Origin: Minisyncoccota bacterium | GTDB lineage: Bacteria > Patescibacteriota > Minisyncoccia > Phycocordibacterales > UBA9973 | DNA length: 64,000 bases | Assembly (NCBI GenBank): GCA_041675085.1 | Contig: JBAYUN010000001.1 | Location: 87,347-151,346 of the forward strand | Reading direction: 5' to 3' | Shown: piece after piece, positions 57,404 through 64,000 of the stretch | Position numbering within the stretch: the stretch's first letter is position 1 | Layout of the letters: each line of letters begins with the position of its first letter | Notes under the pieces: generated by a model | What the model saw: only the letters and a program-made list of their open reading frames with translations | Told to the model about the DNA's origin: nothing | The model's database searches: none | Program-made: the position numbers and the translations under genes

Positions 57404-57808
57404 TTAATTTTTAAAGTTAGCTTTTCTAAGAATAAGCCCTACAATTCGATAACAGACAGGATAAAGTATCACAATACAAGCAGCATTAAATACGTCGTCG
57501 ACAAATACTTCTGGTCCCCAAATTAATCCAATAATTAATAAAACAGTAAAGTAGAGAATGTTATATGCAAAACTACCAAAAGCTCCCCATCTACCCATCA
57601 TTGCATTAAATGTCGTAATAATAAGAACAAAGAAAAGCAGGATAAATAAAGGAAGCCAGTTCTTAACAAGGAAAGCTATGAAGATGTCCCAAGCGAAATT
57701 AACAGCCCATTTGGTTTTTTCCTCAATAGATGTAATTAATATATTTATAAGTTCTTGTGCGAAGTTGTCGCCTAAAGGAGAAGCAGTTGACGGTTCCATA
57801 ATATACAA
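57404..57808 (-). CDS. Hypothetical 3-4 TM membrane protein, 134 aa
   Basis: Hydrophobic helices. Confidence 0.4.
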   Translation of the reverse strand: MYIMEPSTASPLGDNFAQELINILITSIEEKTKWAVNFAWDIFIAFLVKNWLPLFILLFFVLIITTFNAMMGRWGAFGSFAYNILYFTVLLIIGLIWGPEVFVDDVFNAACIVILYPVCYRIVGLILRKANFKN

Positions 57809-57852
57809 ATATTACAATAAAATTCGTCTTTTTACCAGAAAAGAATCTAAAT

Positions 57853-58542
57853 TTAATTCTCCCAAAAAGTCCTGTTATTTATCTCTTCTTCTTGGTCTAG
57901 ATTAAGGTATTCCAATCTTGTTTTCGATCCATCCAGAATCTTATCATCCACAGAAACCAAAGGTGGTTTACCTCGAGCTGAATATTCTAAAGTTTTGAAT
58001 AAATAGCCGAAAAAAGATCCAGTATATCTATAAAGTCGTATGCAAGTTTTAATCTTGTCTTCCACTTCATCAGCATATCCTTTCCATCGATACATTTGCG
58101 GATAGCGATCAATCCAGTCGTCAGTAATAAAAGTAACCCACTTTATTAATTCCTGTTGAGCACAAACATTTCCTTTCTGGCCTATCCTCACCAGACTAAC
58201 AATCATCTTTTGTTGTATCTTTTTGTCTTGTTCATTCTCTTGAGCAATAAAAGTATACAACTTATCTTTATACTTATTTAAAATAAGATCAACTTCAGAT
58301 TGACGTTCATATAACTTTATATATTTCCGCTTGTATCGAATCCAGCGTTTTTGGAATGTTCTCTTTAATGATTGAGTGACAACATCCCAATCAACATCTC
58401 CATTCTCTGTTCTAAAATTAAGGCGGATATAATGATAGACAGGCTGACAATGCTGAAATATCCAAGAACTACTAAATGTCTTTGGGTCTTTTTCTTTTAA
58501 GGTTTTGTTTAAAACTCTGACGGCCATACTAAAACTTTTCAT
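57853..58542 (-). CDS. Hypothetical basic protein, 229 aa
   Basis: Clean ORF; R/K/Y/W-rich. Confidence 0.4.
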   Translation of the reverse strand: MKSFSMAVRVLNKTLKEKDPKTFSSSWIFQHCQPVYHYIRLNFRTENGDVDWDVVTQSLKRTFQKRWIRYKRKYIKLYERQSEVDLILNKYKDKLYTFIAQENEQDKKIQQKMIVSLVRIGQKGNVCAQQELIKWVTFITDDWIDRYPQMYRWKGYADEVEDKIKTCIRLYRYTGSFFGYLFKTLEYSARGKPPLVSVDDKILDGSKTRLEYLNLDQEEEINNRTFWEN

Positions 58543-58967
58543 AAGTAAATTATAATTTATAAAAGATGATTTTTAACCTGTTGATTGTTTACTCTTGCAA
58601 AAAAGTAATATTGTTCTATAATTAAACCAGTTCTTTGGAATTATTTATACGGTAGCTCAACAATGAATTTGCATCCTATTTTTGGAGCGATTCGTATGTT
58701 GGTACAACGAGGAACTTTTCTATTGTATGGATTAATTGTATCTTATGCTTTGACGGTCGGTTTAAGGAAACACCTTAACTCAGGCAAAAGGATAAAATAA
58801 ATCTAAACAAGAAACTGGTGTGGAGTTGGTAATTTGGTAGCCGCTTTTAGCGTGCTAATAGATTGCCAATTCTACGTCAATAAAAGTTAAAATAATATTG
58901 AAAAAGAAAAAGGCGGCTACCAAGTCGTTTTTTTTGTTTGTCTATTATTAAATTTAACCTAAAAAAT

Positions 58968-60293
58968 ATGTCTGAAAAAATTAAAATCGTGCATGTGCAT
59001 GTGAGCGAGCTTAAAGTTGCTGACTATAATCCCCGTAAGTGGGATAAGGAATCTGAAGCTCAACTAAAAGAAAGTATTAAGAAGTATGGTATTGTCGATC
59101 CTTTATTAGTAAACGGTGCCGAGGAAAGAAAAAATATTGTTATCGGTGGACACTTTAGACTGGCTGTGATTAAAGAGCTTGGAATAGAAGAAGTGCCAGT
59201 CGTCTACATTAATATTCCTGACATTGAAAAAGAAAAAGAACTGAATCTTAGGCTTAATAAAAATACTGGAGAGTTTGACTTTGATCTACTTGCTAAATTC
59301 GATGAAAGTTTTTTAGCCGATGTTGGTTTTAGTTCTGAAGAAATGGATAAGATATTTGAAGAAGAAAAAGAAGAAGAGCAATTTGATTTAAACAAAGAAT
59401 TAGAAAAATTAAATATCGAAAAGATAACTGTCGAAAAGGGTGACGTCTACGATTTAGATGGTTCACGACTTATGTGTGGCGACAGTACTATAGAAGCAGA
59501 TATGTTAAAGCTTTGTGGTGAACATAAAATAGATATGGTTATGACTGATCCGCCATATATACTGGATTACTTACACGGAAAAACAAAACAAGGTAAAGCA
59601 ACTGAAGGGTTTGGTGCAAAGAAGAACCGTAGATATCTTGAGACAGATGTATTGCCTGATAACTTTACTGAATTATGGATGGCAAACGTACACAAAGTTC
59701 AAGCCGACAACTTCTCTATTATTTGCTATGAGAATTGGAAAAACATTAGAATCATTTGGAATGAAATGGATAAGTATTGGAAGGTAAAGAATATGCTCGT
59801 ATGGCACTTAGCTAATAGGAATCAGGGATATGCAGGTAAGCATAAATTCTTTTCTAAATACGATATAGCCATGGTTGCTACTAATACAGAACATAGTGGA
59901 TTACAAACTGAACCAGAAGAAGAATTACTTGAGAATGAATACAATACTGCTTTGTTTGCCATATCAGGTTCTCCTCAGTGGGAAAGCTATGGTAAAGGTA
60001 AAAAATATTGTCCTACTGATCATATAGAACACTTAGCAGCTGACGAGAAATCTTCAGGTCAAGGTATTATCTTTGGTACGAAACCACTAGAGATATTAAT
60101 CCCCTACATCAAAGTATTAACTACTAGAGATCAGCTCGTTCTCGAGCCATTTGGTGGCTCAGGATCCACATTAATTGCGTCTATAAAGATAAAGCGTAGG
60201 TGCTTTCTAATGGAAAAATCACCAGTTTATGCTGAAGTTATTCTTAATCGTTGGGAGAAGTTTACTGGTAAGAAAAGAGTCAAAATATCTTAA
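58968..60293 (+). CDS. ParB-like nuclease domain fused to beta-class DNA methyltransferase (N6A or N4C); ORF track starts at TTG 58938, ATG at 58968 preferred
   Basis: N-terminal ParB/Srx fold (VHVSELKVADYNPRKW..IVIGGHFRLAV); MTDPPY (motif IV) precedes EPFGGSGST (motif I). Confidence 0.75.
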   Translation: MSEKIKIVHVHVSELKVADYNPRKWDKESEAQLKESIKKYGIVDPLLVNGAEERKNIVIGGHFRLAVIKELGIEEVPVVYINIPDIEKEKELNLRLNKNTGEFDFDLLAKFDESFLADVGFSSEEMDKIFEEEKEEEQFDLNKELEKLNIEKITVEKGDVYDLDGSRLMCGDSTIEADMLKLCGEHKIDMVMTDPPYILDYLHGKTKQGKATEGFGAKKNRRYLETDVLPDNFTELWMANVHKVQADNFSIICYENWKNIRIIWNEMDKYWKVKNMLVWHLANRNQGYAGKHKFFSKYDIAMVATNTEHSGLQTEPEEELLENEYNTALFAISGSPQWESYGKGKKYCPTDHIEHLAADEKSSGQGIIFGTKPLEILIPYIKVLTTRDQLVLEPFGGSGSTLIASIKIKRRCFLMEKSPVYAEVILNRWEKFTGKKRVKIS

Positions 60294-60299
60294 CTACTA

Positions 60300-60827
60300 A
60301 TGAAACATAATTATGACAAATCTAAATTTTTGGAGGTTCTTCGTGAATCTCCTTGGATCTCGCTCGCCTCCAAAAAGGCGGGTATTTCCAGAGCGACCAT
60401 CTACAGATGGATGAAAGACAATCCTGAATTCAGACGTGAAGTTGATCGTGCAATGAAAGCTGGAAATTCCCAGCTTGATGATATAGCAGAAATGGGATTA
60501 ATAAAGAAGTTAAAGGAGGGAAACTTTAATGCTATTAAATTTTATCTAATGAACAATAACAGAAAGTATGCTCCTAAGAAAAATATTGATCCGCCTCAAG
60601 TTCTTGTACACCAGCACTCTGATGAATCAGAAATTTGTGAACTATGTATTCGTGTAGCTATTGAAAAAGAGGTTAAAGAAGAAGAAATGAAAAAGAAAAT
60701 ACGTGAAGAGGTTCGCAGGATGCTAAATCCAAAAACAAAGAAGGATAAAGAAGACAGGAAAAAGTTAATGATGAAGACAAAGGATTTTGGTATAGCGAAT
60801 CGTAGAAAGTACAAAGAAAATATGTAG
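60300..60827 (+). CDS. Phage terminase-small-subunit-like HTH DNA-binding protein
   Basis: SKKAGISRATIYRWMKDNPEFRREVDRA...GNFNAIKFYLMNN matches the TerS/HTH pattern; basic C-terminal tail. Confidence 0.45.
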   Translation: MKHNYDKSKFLEVLRESPWISLASKKAGISRATIYRWMKDNPEFRREVDRAMKAGNSQLDDIAEMGLIKKLKEGNFNAIKFYLMNNNRKYAPKKNIDPPQVLVHQHSDESEICELCIRVAIEKEVKEEEMKKKIREEVRRMLNPKTKKDKEDRKKLMMKTKDFGIANRRKYKENM

Positions 60828-60828
60828 A

Positions 60829-61491
60829 CTAATCTCGCAATTGCCAAAGAATCAAATCCAGTATTTTAACTTTAGTGATCTTGCTTGTTTCTGTTATGTT
60901 GGTGTAAGGATATTTTAAGTTAAAGTAATCAAATATATTCTTAGCACCTTCTGTTGGAATAAATTCTTCGAAAATGTCTACTAACTTATTATAAAAATTT
61001 TCTGTTTTTTTAAGTCGATCTGAAATATCTTCTAATGCACTTATTTCTTGGTATTCTTCGTTAATAGAAAGATTTATCCTAATCCATTTATCTATTACTG
61101 GTAAATTAGGATTGATGGTTGCTAAAAGCTTACTAGAAAATGAAGCATCTACAGTGTTTGTTTTTGTATATAGAATTTTGAGTATTTCTCCAAAATCTTT
61201 TTTCTGTTCCTTTGAAATTTCTAATAGAGTAAAATACTCTTTTTTCCAAGAAATATCTTTAAATCGAATTCCATAAAAATTGCTAAACATTTCTTGAAAC
61301 AAAATGTCTTTACTTGGGTTTGTAAGATGTAAGCATCGTTGAATGCTTAGATATTGTTTTAGACCTTTCTTTGCATTTGTTAAAATAGATTCAATTTTTG
61401 ATCCTTTTTTTGATTTGTTGACAGTGAGATCAGAATTCAAAATTCCGTATTCAATAAATAAATCTTGAATGATATTTTGTTTTGTATTCAT
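60829..61491 (-). CDS. Hypothetical protein, 220 aa
   Basis: Clean ORF. Confidence 0.4.
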   Translation of the reverse strand: MNTKQNIIQDLFIEYGILNSDLTVNKSKKGSKIESILTNAKKGLKQYLSIQRCLHLTNPSKDILFQEMFSNFYGIRFKDISWKKEYFTLLEISKEQKKDFGEILKILYTKTNTVDASFSSKLLATINPNLPVIDKWIRINLSINEEYQEISALEDISDRLKKTENFYNKLVDIFEEFIPTEGAKNIFDYFNLKYPYTNITETSKITKVKILDLILWQLRD

Positions 61492-61775
61492 AAACTTTGG
61501 ACGGTTTTATTTAGCCAAGTGGTAGCAAAAAGCTCCTAGCCAGGCCGACTACACCCTTGAGTGTAACCCATACCCCTTTCGAGATATGACCGTCCAAAGT
61601 AGCTCTGACTAAGAGTTCTTTACTTTGGACGGATTTATGACCATATCCTATAAACATTAAGGTTTTTAGGGGTTAGGTCGCTTATTAAGTTATAAAATAA
61701 TTCTAGCACATTTCAAGTGCTTTTGACATCCTAGCTTAGATTAGGAATTAGTGGTAATTAGTTACCAACAGATGA

Positions 61776-63413
61776 TTAAAAACCAAGCTTACGGTTCTTT
61801 AGTCTTCGAGTTACCAACTTAGCGTGAATAGTCTTAAGTTGGGCAATTTCTTCGTTACTCATTTTATAATAATCTTTTAAGATTATTTCGTCGGTGTATC
61901 TAAGTACATCTTTGATGCCAACTTTAGTTCTTAGCATATTGTCTAGTTTTTCTAACTGAGATTGTTTAATTTTTTTACAGTAAGGTATGGAGAGGTTTTT
62001 ATATTCATTAGGAGTTAGCTCAAGAACACCGCCACCATAATAACGACCTTCTAATTCAGCAAATATTAAAGTTAAAGTGTTATAGAAAGAAAATACTAAA
62101 TCGCTAACCTTATTCTCGTCTTTCATTCTAATTCTATAAAAAGCGTCAGTCACATACGACTTCGCTTCGTTCATAGCCATTCTCGGAAAGAGATTAGATC
62201 TCTTTGTGAAAATTCCTTCTGAAACCCAAACTGATGGAACAAAATACCAATTATTACGCAGTTTACATTTGTATCTTTGGTCTATTAATCGATCTTCTCC
62301 AATTTTTAAGTACTCTTTAGCTTCTTTTGAAAAAGATTTTTGATTAACGTCTTCAAATCTTAAAAAGAAAGCGGGTTTACCTCTTTTGGAAATATTTTTT
62401 TGATCAACCTTTGTAAAATTGTTTGTAGATGGCATTAATGAGCCTTTTTGTAGAATTGGTTTTGCTATATTTTGAAGTTTATATTTTTCCACAATTTCTT
62501 TATCTACTATAAAGTAGTCATTCGCCGCAGTAACAATACCTACCTCGGCTCGACAGTAATTCTTGATAGGCAAAAATCGAGTCTTAAGAGTATCTAAAAA
62601 TTTTAGTTCCTTATCCAGCAAAATATAGTTAGTCCATTTATCAAGAGTTTGTCTATGAATATTACTATTCTCTTCTACATAGGTAGGTTCTTTTAAATCT
62701 TCTAGTTTATCTACATGGTAAAAAGAGACACCGGGTGTTTGTTTTTTTGCACAAATCAATATTATTACATCTTGCTCGATGTCAGGAAAAATAAGTTCAT
62801 TAAAAGCAAATATTTCAATCTTCTGAAAGTTGTCTCTTAAGTAACCTCTAAGCTCTTTAGCATATATAACCTGCAACAGCTCAGCTGGTAACACGAAACA
62901 AATAACCCCATTCTCGTTAAGAGACTGAACACCTGAAATAAGAAAACTAGTCCAAATGTTTTTTATACTTTTAGGACTCAAATTTGCTCCCTTATGAATT
63001 GCTTCACAGGATTCAATTTGTTTCTTTGTTAGGTAGTTACTTTTTATATATGGAGGATTACCTATAACTAAGTCAAACTTCTTTTTGTTCTTCTTATTAA
63101 ACTCTAAATAATCTTCATTAAAATAGTTAATTTTCTGTGAAGCAAGGAGACGCTTCTTGTTTTTCTTTTTTGAAATTTCTATTTCCTCCTTATCTTTTTC
63201 AATAGCATCTATAGTTATATTTTTAGGAAGCTTGAATCTTCCCTTAAACGTAGTATTGGAAAACATGGAATCAAAAAAGTTTCCATCACCAGAGCTTGGC
63301 TCTAGAACGTTTATACTGTTACTGAAATCATATTTATCAAACAAATGAAAAACTATGAAATCTGCTAGTAACGAGGGCGTATAATATGCACCATTTTCCT
63401 TGTTTGATATCAT
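61776..63413 (-). CDS. Gamma-class N6-adenine DNA methyltransferase (Eco57I/TaqI-like) with C-terminal target-recognition region
   Basis: GAYYTP (motif X), LEPSSGDGNFF (motif I), VIGNPPYIKS (motif IV) in X-I-IV order. Confidence 0.8.
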   Translation of the reverse strand: MISNKENGAYYTPSLLADFIVFHLFDKYDFSNSINVLEPSSGDGNFFDSMFSNTTFKGRFKLPKNITIDAIEKDKEEIEISKKKNKKRLLASQKINYFNEDYLEFNKKNKKKFDLVIGNPPYIKSNYLTKKQIESCEAIHKGANLSPKSIKNIWTSFLISGVQSLNENGVICFVLPAELLQVIYAKELRGYLRDNFQKIEIFAFNELIFPDIEQDVIILICAKKQTPGVSFYHVDKLEDLKEPTYVEENSNIHRQTLDKWTNYILLDKELKFLDTLKTRFLPIKNYCRAEVGIVTAANDYFIVDKEIVEKYKLQNIAKPILQKGSLMPSTNNFTKVDQKNISKRGKPAFFLRFEDVNQKSFSKEAKEYLKIGEDRLIDQRYKCKLRNNWYFVPSVWVSEGIFTKRSNLFPRMAMNEAKSYVTDAFYRIRMKDENKVSDLVFSFYNTLTLIFAELEGRYYGGGVLELTPNEYKNLSIPYCKKIKQSQLEKLDNMLRTKVGIKDVLRYTDEIILKDYYKMSNEEIAQLKTIHAKLVTRRLKNRKLGF

Positions 63414-64000
63414 CTAAACTATTTCTAAATAATTTACTTCTAAGTAAGAAAAATACTTCTGGTATTCTTCAGCTAATTCTGCAATCCCCTCATTTACTTC
63501 TGCCTTAATCGTCTCTGGCAAATTCAAAGTATTTTTTAGTGTAATCAACTTTTTTTGCTGCTCAGCAATCTTTTCTATACGCCAATACAATTCATACCGT
63601 TTTAGATATAATTTAAGTTTTTTCCACATATATCTAGCGATGGGATGATCTTTGGGTACTATTCCACCACAATCAGTTCTTTCAAAATAATCGTTGAAAT
63701 CGACATCGCATGGATGGAAATAACCTTCCTTGCCTACAATTGATACATCTGGATCATCTGAAGGCCAGTCATTACTTTTAATTCGATTTACTTGAGGAGA
63801 TGCGTAAATAAGGTTTTCGTATACATGCTCTTTTGCCGAAAACTTACTAAGTTTAATTGCATCTAAAATCTTTGGGTTTTGAGGAGCGAAATGATCAATT
63901 TGAAATCCTCCTGCCCACCACACATCTTTGCAGTCAGTAAATCCACATCTTCCATCGTAGTCTTGTCGCAAAATCTCCCTATAATCTTTATAGTTATTTT
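63414..64000 (-). CDS. HNH-family endonuclease, 5'-truncated by window end; putative restriction partner of the adjacent methyltransferase (its TAG abuts the methyltransferase ATG)
   Basis: RCGFTDCKDVWWAGGFQIDHFAP...NLIYASPQVNRIK HNH core; frame stays open to position 64000. Confidence 0.55.
   Translation of the reverse strand, partial: NNYKDYREILRQDYDGRCGFTDCKDVWWAGGFQIDHFAPQNPKILDAIKLSKFSAKEHVYENLIYASPQVNRIKSNDWPSDDPDVSIVGKEGYFHPCDVDFNDYFERTDCGGIVPKDHPIARYMWKKLKLYLKRYELYWRIEKIAEQQKKLITLKNTLNLPETIKAEVNEGIAELAEEYQKYFSYLEVNYLEIV

Noticed and set aside
57853-58542. 229-aa basic protein as a sigma/anti-sigma or phage regulator
   Set aside because: No helix-turn-helix or sigma region motifs recognisable; left as hypothetical
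1-64000. CRISPR arrays, tRNA or rRNA genes, integrase/transposase genes
   Set aside because: Scanned intergenic regions by eye: no regularly spaced direct repeats, no cloverleaf-capable GC-rich 75-nt segments, no DDE/tyrosine-recombinase ORFs
1-64000. Alternative genetic code (UGA recoding as in Gracilibacteria/Absconditabacteria)
   Set aside because: Long uninterrupted ORFs with recognisable full-length proteins are obtained under the standard code; TGA recoding is not needed

Overview
This is a very AT-rich (about 32% GC) bacterial window. Almost no gene has a Shine-Dalgarno motif, and many starts sit 6 nt after a TATAAT-like box, so mRNAs look leaderless. The standard genetic code fits: long ORFs end in TAA or TAG and in-frame TGA stops are respected. 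The 0-44 kb part is core/housekeeping: trpS (3' end), aspS, ribF-like kinase, pterin dehydratase, M1 aminopeptidase, scpA/scpB, PBP2, CtpA, rplI/rpmA, an M23 peptidase, gltX, a murG-ftsW-mraY mini-dcw cluster headed by lexA with a clear Cheo-type SOS box inside its promoter, an ABC-F protein, cyclophilin, a tesA-ybbA-ybbP-like unit and CcdA/thioredoxin disulfide machinery. From about 40 kb onward the window becomes accessory. It holds many co-oriented small stress/unknown genes (DUF1801, DUF2200, AHSA1-like, NUDIX, ASCH, DUF4268-like nuclease, DoxX) that each carry a near-identical leaderless promoter. A 23-bp perfect palindrome occurs three times next to truncated gene 5' ends, and short gene-start segments are duplicated. 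An ANT(2'')-like nucleotidyltransferase is split by an in-frame amber codon. There is also an Mrr-like nuclease, two large unannotatable proteins, a secreted thermonuclease, a ParB-methyltransferase fusion with a terminase-small-subunit-like HTH protein, and an HNH + gamma-class N6-adenine methyltransferase type II restriction-modification pair running off the window end. No CRISPR array, tRNA, rRNA or integrase was seen. The best candidates for an undescribed system are the cassette/defence-island-like region at 45-52 kb (DUF4268-ASCH-HAD-like operon; 298-aa plus 413-aa unknowns beside Mrr-like and secreted nucleases) and the four-gene unknown block at 55.4-57.8 kb flanked by GC-rich structured intergenic repeats. 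I cannot assign functions to these from sequence alone.
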